A stretch of DNA of 64,000 nucleotides from Octopus sinensis. Taxonomy: Eukaryota. Below the pieces are notes generated by a model that saw nothing but the letters and a program-made list of their open reading frames with translations, ran no database searches and had not been told where the DNA came from. Below are positions 13,140 to 25,035 of the stretch, piece by piece. How positions within the stretch are numbered: the stretch's first letter is position 1; every line of letters starts with the position of its first letter. Location: positions 94,860,001 to 94,924,000 of the forward strand of contig NC_042998.1 of assembly GCF_006345805.1 (NCBI RefSeq), read 5' to 3'. Made by a program: the position numbers and the translations under genes.

Positions 13140-13700
13140 ATAGTGGAATTAGGGTATCATAAATGTGTACAGTCGTGTATATGCATATAGTGGTATAACT
13201 GTGTGGTTAAGAAGTTTGTTTTGCAACAGCAAGGTATCTTGGACAAGTGCATATGCTATAGCAATGTTTTGTTCAAGAAGCAATGCATTGCTCAGCCCAG
13301 GAATCGAAACCAGAACTTTATGATCATGAGTCCAATATCCTAACCACATAGCCATGGGCTTCCACCTTGCATGTCCAGGTGGTCTTTCATTTTGAACAGT
13401 GTTTGTTTTATCATGAAGGTCATCTGTGTGGTCAGTAATTGATGTGAAATGTGGTGAGTTGCGTTTATTGTGTATGCTGTTAAGAAATAGGACACTCACA
13501 CAATACTGGCTCAATCTATGATGAATCAAAGCACACAGATCCACACACACATGTACTGACAAACTTTTTTCAGTTTCTGTCCTCCAAATCCACTCACAAA
13601 GCTTTGGTCATTCCAGGGCTGTAGCAGAAACCCAGTTCTTGCACAGGGTATTGAACATGGTTAGGAAGCAGGCTTCTTAACCATATGGCCAGATGTTAGA
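13140..13700 (-). mobile_element. SINE fragments (two or three)
   Basis: Reverse complements of tRNA-like heads (TGTGGTTAGGATATTGGACTCATGATC; CATATGGTTAAGAAGCCTGC) and of AAAGCTTTGTGAGTGGATTTGG. Confidence 0.55.
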
Positions 13701-14695
13701 ATATATAAACCAGTCAAAACAGTCTTGAATGAAGGATATTTTATTATCCACAGACATGTTTAGACTAGTGTTTTCATTTGGTTGTTTTAGTTACAATGTT
13801 TTGATCATCAAGTTCTGTGGCTTTCTTTAGATGCCTATCATATTCAGTAATGTTCTTAGGATTTCTAAAACAACTCTTAAATCTATGAAGACATATTGTT
13901 CTAATTCCATTACCCAAATCAGAGATATTCTCCTTTACTTATTCTCTTACCTGCGATGTAGCTTGCTCATTTTGCTTGAACTCTTGCCCACTCTGGAAAA
14001 GTAATATAAACATTCTAACTTGTCCCAGATCACTCTTAATTCTATGCTATAAATCTCCAGTTCTAAAATAATCTAAATTAAAATATTCCATAAAAATTTC
14101 ATGTTAGCTTAATGACGATAATATTTCATTAAATTCTTCATTGTTTTAAAACATTAATGGAAACAAAGACTGTATTTGAACAAAAATACGGTAACGAAAG
14201 GGTTAGCTAGAGGGCTATCTTATAGTCAATATTAGATATATACTGTACTTCCATAAATGTTTCATTTGGTTCAAATTATACAAGAGCTTAATTTTAAGAA
14301 ATAGAATTGTGTAAAATGTATCATATGAAACTACTAAATTACATTTCATATTTGATATTAAATGCAAAACTAGTTTTTACAACGATTGCATTAACCTCTT
14401 GGTATAAGATATATATCATTATAAGAGGGTTTTGTAATCAACAAAAAAGAGTTAAATATCAGAGGACTATATTGCAACATTCAAAATACAAAACTATCAG
14501 AATATTTATAATTTTAATTTTGAACATTTGAATGTTATTCCCTCATCTCTGATACAAAGCTGCAATAATGTTCAAGATATAAACTGAAATATTGACATAC
14601 ATTTTTGCATTATTCATTTAGAATAAAACAAAGGAACAGATCTACAATGACTTTATTTTGTAGTATAAATAGGCATTTAGTGTATTTATCTAAAC

Positions 14696-15135
14696 CAGTT
14701 GTTTTTAACCTGAGCAGTACTACTCCCTTAGAGGTATTGTGAATTCACAAGGGTTTGGTAAATGTCAAGGGAGTGATAGGTGTTTAGAATAAGGTCAAGA
14801 TTTTTCTAAAATATTGAAAGTACAATGCATATATTTTTAACACATTTTCAAAAAATCATTGTTGTAAGAAACATGACTGATGATGCTCTAAGATCCAATA
14901 TAATTTCTTTAGTAATTTTTATAAGAATTTAACATAGAAGGCACTAGTCCAAACAAAGAGGCACATATTGGGATGGGATAATAGAAGGAAATATGAATAA
15001 TAAACTCCTAAACAAAATTAGCTTCTGTTTCATGAAAATAATTTGCTGTTTGTTTTTTCCTTGTTAACAATTCATGTGGACAGGGTTTTTGTATAATGAA
15101 AGGGTCACTGACCCACAAAACATCGAGAACTACTG
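14696..15135. mobile_element. hAT-like MITE
   Basis: Imperfect TIRs CAGTTGTTTTTAA and (reverse complement) CAGTAGTTCTCGA. The 8-bp flanks ATCTAAAC and ATTGAAAC match at 6 of 8 positions. Confidence 0.5.
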
Positions 15136-15140
15136 ATTGA

Positions 15141-15322
15141 AACATTTAGTGTTCAGATTATCATATGTATTAATTATTTATTCACATTGTTTTGAATTTA
15201 TCATGCACTATCTCATAGCTTCAAGATTTTGATGGTGTGAGAGACCAAATCTGGCCAGTTTGAATGAAAAATGGGTCAAATATATGGGCTGGTTATGGCT
15301 AGTTTAAATGCTAAAGGGTTAA
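15141..15322. mobile_element. piggyBac-like MITE
   Basis: Body homologous to the copies at 1520 and 3640; ends AATGCTAAAGGG-TTAA. Confidence 0.65.
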
Positions 15323-15481
15323 ACTATCAGAGCTCTTGTTTAAGTCGATGGCACAAATTTAAAACAGAACAACACAGTATAAAGTACAAGTATTATATAT
15401 TTAAAATTCCATATGTCTACTAGAGTACAGCTAAACTTAACTGAATCAATCAAGATCTCCCTAAGGGATAATTCATCTTAA

Positions 15482-16536
15482 CCCTTTCATTACCAAACCG
15501 CCCGAAAAAAATTTTGGTTAATGTGACCAAACCGCCCAAATTTACCTATTCATATTTAAATGAGAATATCAGAGCAAATCTCTTTAGTACATTCGTGAAA
15601 ATACGTATTATACTTCGTAAAGAGTTCAACTACAGTTTTGTACAAAAATCAAAGTGTAATTTTAATTCTGTGAATTTTGGGAGATTTTTTTCCGAAATTT
15701 GTTCCTATTGTGTTTTCAAAATTTGTAATTCTGACAAAAAATGGATACGAATTTCATTATATCAAGCAGCGAGTCAGAATTCGAAGGATTTTCTACTGAA
15801 GACCTTCATAAATCTAACTCTATGACTGAAAAAAAAAAGCATGTGGTATTTGATAATGAATCTGATGTTTCATTTTCCGAAAGTGAAAACAGTGAATCCG
15901 AGAGCTCTGACAGCGATAAAGAAAATGAATTGGCACCTGAATGGAGTGAAAATTTAAAAACTGTTTCTTTCAGTGATTTTTCTGAAGAAACTGGACCAAG
16001 CCACAGACTTTCCCAGAAGAGCAAAGCCTTAGACTATTTCTTTTTACTTTTTTGAATGAGCCTATTTGAAATCATTACGGTGGAAACGAACCGTTAGGCT
16101 AAACGTAAACAAAGTGAAAGAAAGGATATTTAGTGGTTTCCCATAACCTTAAATGAAATTAAGACTATTTTGCCATAAATATTATTATGGTTATCAGAAA
16201 GTTACCCAGAATAACAAATTCTATCGTAAAATTTTGTTGTATACCCAATTGAATATTAGCTAATAACCCATTTTCTATAGCGATGTTTGAACAAAATTTT
16301 AATCATTTTATATTTTGTTGAATTTACCTGTATCTACCTGCAATTAGAGTCACTTTGTGATAAAAATTATAGTATAGAATTGGTTGAGAACATTTCATTA
16401 AATAATCTTCCAAAATTCACGTTAATATATTGATAAATAAAAAAGTTATAGTTGTTTAATGAAACCAGACTAAATTTATGATTATGTTAGAAATTAATTG
16501 AAACACATTTTGGTCAGAAATATAGTAACGAAAGGG
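15482..16536 (+). mobile_element. Internally deleted piggyBac transposon
   Basis: TTAA at 15478-15481 and 16537-16540; TIRs CCCTTTC(A/G)TTAC. Acidic N-terminal transposase remnant MDTNFIISSSESEFEGFSTEDL...WSENLK...LDYFFLLF, then ...EIITVETNR... with stops. Catalytic core is absent. Confidence 0.88.
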
Positions 16537-16787
16537 TTAAACTGGTCAAACCAAAATCACTTTTAAGGACACACACACACACACAACTGAACTAGAAAAG
16601 ATGCAACTGAACATGTGAGAATGAAAATATCTACAAAGTACAGGAAATCTTTACAACTAACACAGAATTATAATTTAAACAATTGACTATTCAGAAAAGC
16701 CAGATACACATTTTGTTATTATAGTAAGGTACCATTCTGACATCATAGTAATGTTCATAAAATATTTAATATAAAATAAAAACTTAC

Positions 16788-17111
16788 TATTAATAGTTAT
16801 TGCCAAGCTAATATGGCAGTCCAGAAATATAGGACAAATGCTGCCATCGATTAGCTCCAAGAGGCCATCACCTCTAGCTAGCTATGTGACACATGAACCT
16901 GTGTCCATCATAACCTTCGAACAGGGGAGGTCAGGCATCTGCAGACTAGTTTCAGGGGAAGCGGTTGACCTCCCCTGTTTAAAGGTTATAATGGACACAG
17001 GTTTGTGTGTCACATAGCTAGCTAGAGGTGATGGCATCTTGGAGCTAATTGATGGCAGCATTCATCCTATATTTCTGGACTGCCATATTAGCTTGGCGAT
17101 AACTATTAATA
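16788..17111. mobile_element. Foldback MITE: 146-bp inverted arms, 32-bp spacer
   Basis: Arms 16788-16933 and 16966-17111 are reverse complements with 10 mismatches counted by eye (9 transitions). Confidence 0.9.
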
Positions 17112-17249
17112 TCCAGTACCGCTGCCATAGTCTCCTTTAGAGAGACTTAGAAATATTAATATTTCTATTTTTAAAAACTTACTTTTCTACATTTGATATT
17201 AATATATTTAACATTGATCTCCTGATTTAATCATACACACACATATACG

Positions 17250-17250
17250 C

Positions 17251-17281
<31 letters not shown>

Positions 17282-17562
17282 TGTATGTATGTATGCATGT
17301 ATGTATGTATGTTTGTATGCTTGTCTCTTCTGTTTTTTAATTATTATAAATCTTCCACTGAGGAGGGAGCCAGTTTCCAATAAAGATACAAAGCTCCATC
17401 TTTGGGATGTACTTAACACAGACAAATTCACATTTGGAATGAATGAATGAATGAATGAATGAATGTATGTATATATGTATGGATGGATGTATGTATGTAT
17501 GTATGTATGTATGTATGTATGTATGGATGGATGGATGGATGAATGCATGTATGCATGCATAC
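17250..17562. repeat. Compound tetranucleotide microsatellites (TATG)n/(GAAT)n/(GGAT)n
   Basis: Directly visible. Confidence 0.95.
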
Positions 17563-17709
17563 ATGCTGTGTCAGAGGTTACTAAGTTAGAAACTAAAAAT
17601 ATAATACTTATTAAAGGACTGAAGGCTGTGTATAAACAATGTGAAGTATTTGGTTCAGCTCTGTTTGTTCTTATGATATTCCAAAATGTGATATATTGAA
17701 AATATTACA

Positions 17710-17872
17710 CTACACTCACGGAGTGGTTGGCGTTAGGAAGGGCATCCAGCTGTAGAAACACTGCCAGATAAGACTGGAGCCTGGTGCAGCCTTCTGGCTT
17801 CCCAGATCCCCGGTCGAACCGTCCAACCCATGCTAGCATGGAGAACGGACGTTAAACGATGATGATGATGAT
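17710..17872 (+). mobile_element. RTE 3' core only (well preserved, CpGs intact)
   Basis: CACTACACTCACGGAGTGGTTGGCGTTAGGAAGGGCATCC...CCATGCTAGCATGG...GATGATGAT. Confidence 0.85.
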
Positions 17873-18117
17873 TACAAAAGAAAAAAAAAAATGAACATTA
17901 TCAAAGTTATCAGTAATGGTTTGGGTTCATCTGTTAATCAGAGATTGGTGTTTGGTTTGAGATAATTTTACTGCTATACATATTGAGAAGTTTTAAATTA
18001 CTGAAATAATATGCTGAGGTTTCAGTTTAAGAAACAACATCTGATCAAAAAGCGAAAGTGATTAAACTGGATCGAGATTCTTCATGCTAATTTTATTTAT
18101 AGGAGAAGTATACAACA

Positions 18118-18427
18118 GAAGGCACATGGCTTAGTGACTAAGGGTATTCAGCTAACGATCATAAGGTCATGAGTTCAATTCCCAATGGTGTTGTGTCCTT
18201 GCGCAAGACACTTTATTTCATATCACTCCAGTTCAATCAGCTGGGAAACATGAGTTTATACCTGTACTTCAAAAAGCTAGCTTTGTCACATCCTGTGTTA
18301 CGCCGAATCTCTCTGAGAACTATGTTAAGAGTACACGTCTCACCCACCTGTACATTAATCTCACAAGCTGGCTGTTCCATTGATCAGATAAACTGGAACC
18401 TGAATCATTATAACCAACAGAGTGCCA
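18118..18427 (+). mobile_element. tRNA-derived SINE
   Basis: A-box-like GGCACATGGCTTAGTGA and B-box-like GAGTTCAATTCC; body shared with 22788 (+), 26040 (-) and 37235 (-). Confidence 0.8.
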
Positions 18428-18689
18428 ATGTAGTATACAACAGAACTTAACCAATGTTAAAGTGTATGGAACAAGTCTTCTTGCATGTACATTGAGTTAT
18501 ATGGATCATCAGGTAGGCTACCTCATGGAATATCATTTAACCAACTGATTTCATCAGTTTTGCAAATCAAAAGTTAGGGATTCTAGAAGACATAACTTAA
18601 AAAAAAGTTCTATATTCTTTTACTTGTTTCAGTCACTTAACTGCAGCAAGGCTGGAGCACCACCTTATGAGATCACAACCACACATGTC

Positions 18690-19113
18690 CAGCCCTGTTA
18701 AGAATACCCCTGATGCGTTGGGTGATATGATATGCTTAAGACCTATTGAGTTAAGTAAAACCAATATCATAGCTGTGGCCAGTGCCCGCTGACTGGCTAG
18801 CATGCCAGTGGCACGTAAAAAGCATATCTGAATGTGGTCGATGCCAAGTTCGCCTGACCAGCTCCCATGCCAGTGGCACGTAAAAAGCACCATCTGAACA
18901 TGATCAATGCCAGGCCTGCTTGACTGGCTCCTGTGCCGGTGGCACGTAAAATGCACTGACTACACTCTTGGAGTGGTTGGCATTAGGAAGGGCATCCAAC
19001 TGTAGAAACATTGCCAGATCAGATTGGAGCCTGGTGCAGCCATTGGCTCTCCAGACCTCAGTCAAACCGCCCAACCCATGCCAGCATGGAAAACAGACTT
19101 TAAACGATGATGA

Positions 19114-19120
<7 letters not shown>
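18690..19120 (+). mobile_element. RTE 3' end (units and core) abutting (AT)n
   Basis: Three or four GGCACGTAAAAAGCA units, the core and a GAT tail running into (AT)n. Confidence 0.85.
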
Positions 19121-19151
<31 letters not shown>

Positions 19152-19154
<3 letters not shown>

Positions 19155-19560
19155 CGCAGGAGTGGTTGTGTGGTGAGTAGCTTGCTAACCAACCACATGG
19201 TTCCGGGTTCAGTCTCACTGTGTGGCATCTTGGGCAAGTGTCTTCTGCTATAGCCTCGGGCCAACCAAAGCCTTGTGAGTGGATTTGGTAGACGGAAACT
19301 GAAAGAAGCCTGTCGTATATATGTATATATATATGTATGTGTGTGTATATGTTTGTGTGTCTGTGTTTGTCCCTCTAGCATTGCTTGACAACCGATGCTG
19401 GTGTGTTTAGGTCCCCGTCACTTAGCAGCTCGGCAAAAGAGACCGATAGAATAAGTACTGGGCTTACAAAGAATAAGTCTCGGGGTTGATTTGCTCGCCT
19501 AAAGGTGGTGCTGCAGCATGGCCGCAGTCAAATGACGGAAACAAGTAAAAAGAGAAAAAG
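19152..19560 (+). mobile_element. Near full-length tRNA-derived SINE with CORE-like centre
   Basis: AGGCGCAGGAGTGGTTGTGTGG...GGGTTCAGTCTC head, TTGGGCAAGTGTCTTC centre, internal (TA/TG)n, and tail GACGGAAACAAGTAAAAAGAG. Many decayed copies occur elsewhere in the window. Confidence 0.85.
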
Positions 19561-19561
19561 A

Positions 19562-20711
19562 TTTTTTTTTTTTTTCAATGGCGGCCGATTTTCGCGGGGT
19601 TCCACTATTCCCTTCTCTCTCTCTCTCCCTCTTTTACGTTGTCTGCCCTCCCCCCCTCTTCCTTTCCCCCCTTCCATTGCTAAGAGCATTTTTAAGCCAG
19701 CCCGTCAAGTTCAACCTTCGCATATTTGCCGTGTCAGGCCGAAAAACGAAATGTTCCCAAGAAAATCTTTCTAATCTAATTCATCCCGTAATCTATACCA
19801 GTAATATTCTCATGCAAATTTGTCTGATCTCTAGTGGTTAAGCTGTTTATTATTATTAGTATTAGTATTATCCCTTTGACCCCCAGTCGACAATTTGTTT
19901 ATTAGTATTATTATTATTATTATTTTCAGTTTCACCTCGTATTGCATATTCTGTATAATTTATTAGTTATTGTTGACCATCGGTTTCTGGCTTCGTGTCT
20001 CGCTAAATACAGAATAGATATTTATATTTAAGTTTCTCCATACAGGGGTATTTTATTTTTTTTTTTCAATGGCGGCCGATTTTCGCAGGGTTCCACTATT
20101 CCCTTCTCTCTCTCTCTCCCTCTTTTACGTTGTCTGCCCCCCCTCTTCCTTCCCCCCTTCCTTTGCTAAGAGCATTTTTAAGCCAGCCCATCAAGTTCAA
20201 CCTTCGCATATTCGCCGTGTCAGGCCGAAAAACGAAATGTTCCCAAGATAAGAAAATCTTTCTAATCTAATTCATCCTGTAATCTGTACCAGTAATATTC
20301 TCATGCAAATTTGTCTGATCTCTAGTGGTTAAGCTGTTTATTATTATTATTATTAGTATTAGTATTATCCCTTTGACCCCCAGTCGACAATTTGTTTATT
20401 AGTATTATTATTATTTTCAGTTACACCTCGTATTGCATATTCTGTATAATTTATTAGTTATTGTTGACCATCGGTTTCTGGCTTCGTGTCTCGCTAAATA
20501 CAGAATAGATATTTATATTTAAGTTTCTCCATACAGGGGTTTTTTTCTTTTTATTTTTTTTCAATGGCGGCCGATTTTCACAGGGTTCCACTATTCCCTT
20601 CTCTCTCTCTCTCCCTCTTTTACGTTGTCTGCCCTCCCCCCTCTTCCTTTCCCCCCTTCCATTGCTAAGAGCATTTTTAAGCCAGCCCGTCAAGTTCAAC
20701 CTTCGCATATT
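19562..20711. repeat. Tandem array of a ~493-bp CpG-rich unit (about 2.3 copies)
   Basis: T-run-CAATGGCGGCCGATTTTC recurs with its ATG at 19578, 20069 and 20564. Copies are nearly identical. Confidence 0.95.
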
Positions 20712-21275
20712 CCCGGTGCACCCGCCCTTGCCCACCCCCACCACCAATACCGGATATCTCTATATTTTTGCTCCATCTATACCGGATGTCACTTCTCCCA
20801 CCACCATTATAGATGTCTACTCTTCGAACCCCCTCTTCAATACACTATTTCACCATGCATTACCCCTCTCGTGATATCCTACGTTCTACTTGTCTAGAAC
20901 CTGTCATCGTTTCTCCGAACACCCCTCCCCACTGGTGCTCCCCTATATTTCTGCACCCTCCCCCCACATAAAAAAGCACCATCCGAACGTGGCCGATGCC
21001 AGCACCGCCCCGACTGGCTTCTGTGCAGGTGGCACATAAAAAGCACCAACTGACCGTGGCCGATGCCAGACCCCCCTGGCACCTATGCAGGTGGCACGTA
21101 AAAAGCACCCACTACACTCGCGGAGTGGTTGGCGTTAAGAAGGGCATCCAGCTGTAGAAACACTGCCAGACCAGACTGGAGCCTGGGGCAGCCCCTGGCT
21201 CCCCAGACCCCGGTCGAAACCGTCCAACCCGTGCTAGCGCGGAAAACGGACGTTAAATGATGATGATGATGATGA
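20712..21275 (+). mobile_element. Young 5'-truncated RTE 3'UTR (C-rich segment, units and core)
   Basis: Begins abruptly inside the third tandem unit and ends with the core and (GAT)n. Confidence 0.8.
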
Positions 21276-21645
21276 TATTCCACACACACAACACACACAT
21301 TTATATTGTTGTACAGTATATTACTGGTTCTGACGTATAACTTGTTGGAATGCAATCACATTTAAAATGACATTGTAGCATGGGTGTGAGAAGCCAAATC
21401 TGGCCAGTTTGAATGAAAAATGTGTAAAATATATGGGTTGCAATCATATGCAATCATTGGTTCTGTGCCAACTATTGCGCTTGGCAATATTGATGGCCAG
21501 CATATCTAACAATTGCTGATTCTGCTAATTGCAATAGTCAGCATGAAATCAATGGTAACATACTAATCAGTCATATACCATAACCAGTAATATATTTCTC
21601 AATGATATAAAGATATAAGCACTATATTTCTATTTCTTATGAGTA

Positions 21646-22488
21646 TACCATAAATCCTCCAGTATAGTCCACCCTTGAATATAATACGCAGGGGATTTTT
21701 AGGGGGCTGTACATCTGAAAAACCTAAGTCTTGTGTATAATACACACTCCTTCTCTAACTTGAGTCAAGGAAGTCTATATAACATCCTTGGTTTGTAAAA
21801 ATGTATATGGTAACGTCCTTTATTATTATTGTATATATAACATAATGCAAACATGTAGCTTTTTTGTGCATTTTGTTTTCAGAAAATAAAGAAATAACAG
21901 TAATAACGCCAGTGAAAAATAAATATTAAGTAAATTGCCTTTACATATTTATCACTATCAGTTGCAAAAGCAAAAACATTTATTCAAATCCTTCAAATTC
22001 AACGTCACTTTCAGCATCAAATAACTGTTCCATTTGTTGCTCTGTAAACATGTCATCATCATTGTAGTGTAGATCTCCATCATTGTGTGTAATTAAGCCA
22101 GCAGCACCTAGTCGAACAAACACTTCCACGCATGTGTAATATAATAATGGTGATGTTCTTAACTGTTATATGGGAATGTAAATATGCTTGCAAATTGTTT
22201 TTGTTACATGTTTTTCTGTGTTCTGAATACTTTTATTTTAATAAATGTTGCTTACTGCAAGTTATGGATGATCCCTTTATTACTTCATTGCTTTCAGGCT
22301 TAGCTTAAGGTATTTCCACACCCGACATCACAAAATGCATCTGAATAAACATTACCGGACAGCAAATAGAGACTCGGACATTGCTTAGAAAATATTTTTC
22401 ATTTTTAAACTTGTATATAGTACGCACTAGGGATTTTGACCTTTAAATTTTGGGGAGAAATGCAGATTATACTCAAGGATTTACGGTA
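21646..22488 (-). mobile_element. Non-autonomous pogo/Tigger-like DNA transposon
   Basis: TA-flanked ~24-bp imperfect TIRs (TACCATAAATCCTCCAGTATAGT and reverse complement TACCGTAAATCCTTGAGTATAAT). Minus-strand acidic C-terminal remnant ...EQQMEQLFDAESDVEFEGFE*. Confidence 0.7.
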
Positions 22489-22529
22489 CTTTTTTCTCAC
22501 TTAAGGACAACTAACTGATAACATACATA

Positions 22530-22720
22530 TGGTGATGGTGTCATGTAAAAACCACCCAGAACACTTTGTAAAGTGGTTGGTATAAAGAAGGGTATCCAGC
22601 TGTAAAACCCAAGCCAAAACAGACTATGGAACCTGATATGGCCCCTGGCCTTGCCAGTTCTTGTCAAGCCATCCAACCCATACCAGGAAGGAAAACATGT
22701 TAAATGTTAATGATGATGAT
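22530..22720 (+). mobile_element. RTE 3' core
   Basis: Decayed core with GAT tail. Confidence 0.75.
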
Positions 22721-22787
22721 GCATACATATTTGTGTATGTATGTACGCATGTACATATGTACATTTGTATGTATGTACATATATGCA

Positions 22788-23112
22788 TACGAAGGCATGT
22801 AACTTAGTGGTTAGGTTGTTCCATTCACAATTGTAAGATCATGAGTTCATTTCTTGGCAACGCATTGTGTCCTTAAACAAGACGCTTTATTTCACATTGC
22901 CCCAGTCCACTCAGCTGGCAAATATGATTAGTACTTGTATTTCAAAGGACCAGCCTTGTCACACTCTGTGTCATGATGAATCTCACTGAGATCTAAACTA
23001 AGAGTACATGTCTGCAGTATGCTCAACCCCTTGCACGCTAATTTCACAAATAGGTTGTCCTGTTGATCAAATCAACTTGAACACTCATCATTGTAACCGA
23101 TGGAAAGCCAGG
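22788..23112 (+). mobile_element. tRNA-derived SINE (family of 18118)
   Basis: GGCATGTAACTTAGTGGTTAGG...GAGTTCATTTC...CAGTCCACTCAGCTGGCAAAT. Confidence 0.8.
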
Positions 23113-23410
23113 CCATATGAATGATCAACCAGACTGTCAGAAGTTGTTATACATTGCTAGTCACAATGTGCTTTGCAGTGCTGTAGTTTTTTTAATGAAT
23201 GATGCCATCCCACTGGCTTAGGTGAGCAGACCAATGCATACATAGTAAACTTGCCAATGTTTAACATGTAAGGGTATATTTTAAAGGGGGGATTTAAAAT
23301 TATGTAATACAAATACAGAACCCAATACAAAAAGTAAAGAATAAATATACATATATGTATGTGTGTGTAGGTGAATTACTGTGCGTGTATTGTGTCCGTT
23401 TTCCATACTA

Positions 23411-23511
<101 letters not shown>

Positions 23512-23675
23512 CATGGAAAACGGACATTAAATGATGATGATGATGATGATGATGTATATAAACATGACAGCTTAATTTGCAGTTAATTTTTTGCCTTCTA
23601 ATACACTCGTATATTAATTAGAATAGTTTTATAATTCACTTTTTGCTTAATTACCAATGTGTATATTTTAAGAAT

Positions 23676-23742
<67 letters not shown>

Positions 23743-24333
23743 AGGAGGAAGAGCAATACATAAACAGATAATCTCAGAACACATGAGTACCCAAACTACC
23801 TTTACGAAAACTCAACAAACAGCATACTAACAGAGTAGATTATCAGTAAGGTGAACAGATTAATTATGAAATAAAAGTTAAATGAAGTGTAAAGTTTGGT
23901 AATAAATCTAACAGTTTAATAATAACGATGTTGATGATGATGATGATTGTTGTTTTTGTTATTATCTAAACTACTTAGTGATTGAATGGACAGGTTTTTT
24001 TTTTATTTTAATAAACTAATCACTTCAATAATAAACCAAAAAGTTTTAGTTATTATCTAAATAGCTTAATCAGAAAACATTACAGAAAATGTCGCTTTGC
24101 AATGAAAAAACAAAATACATTCCATAATTAACTAACAAAAATATCTTTATGTTTTGTCTACAAAATACAAAGCTTCTAAATTAATGTTAAGACGGTTTGA
24201 ACTCAGGATTTCAAGCATTCAGGTGGGTTGGTAGTGCGTTACAAACTACTGAGAGTAGGTGAACATTCTGCGTACACAACTAATGCATTATAAATGCTAG
24301 GTATAGTTCAGCTAGTTAAATTGTACCGTGTTG

Positions 24334-24347
24334 GTTGCCATGGATAT
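24334..24347. promoter_or_regulatory. Candidate RFX X-box motif GTTGCCATGGATAT in a unique, CpG-retaining segment
   Basis: Left half is an exact GTTGCC and the spacer is AT; right half GGATAT deviates from GGCAAC. The surrounding ~24150-24560 is not a recognised repeat. Confidence 0.35.
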
Positions 24348-24598
24348 TATGGATGCGTAAGCTCAGTTAACGTTCAGTTTGTGTAAAATGACAAATGGTT
24401 AGATTCAGTTAAATTTTTCTTAAAAGATCAATAATTCGCAAATATTACTTTTTCCCATAGATTTGAGTCATGATTTATTTTCACAAGAGTTGCGAAGATT
24501 GTTTCAAAGATACTGAACTAAATATTTCTAATAAATTATGAAATCTGAATGCTAGAACCAAATGTACAGATACTGAGAAATCATGACTAAGCTCTATA

Positions 24599-24633
<35 letters not shown>

Positions 24634-24728
24634 ATATATATATTCTATTCAATCTTGAAAATTATAGAAACACATACACACACACACACACACATACATA
24701 TATGTGTGTGTATACATATGTGTGTATG

Positions 24729-24772
<44 letters not shown>

Positions 24773-24804
24773 CATACATACATATAACTATACATATACA
24801 CACA

Positions 24805-25035
24805 TCATCATCGTTTAATGTCCGCTTTCCATGCTAGCATGGGTTGGACGATTTGACTGAGGTCTGGCGAACCAGATGGCTGCACCAGGCTCCAGTCTGA
24901 TCTGGCAAAGTTTCTACAGCTGGATGCCCTTCCTAATGCCAACCACTCTGAGAGTGTAGTGGGTGCTTCTACATGCCACCGGCACGAGGGCCAGTCAGGT
25001 GGCACTGGCAATGGCCACGCTCAAATGGTGCTTAT
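24805..25035 (-). mobile_element. RTE 3' end
   Basis: Reverse-complement core plus one or two units; (CAT)n tail sits next to a (TA)n/(CA)n tract. Confidence 0.85.

Noticed and set aside
13400-13453. 54-nt segment with a good acceptor and GTGAGT donor
   Set aside because: All three frames contain stops from the best acceptor, and it is flanked by SINE fragments.
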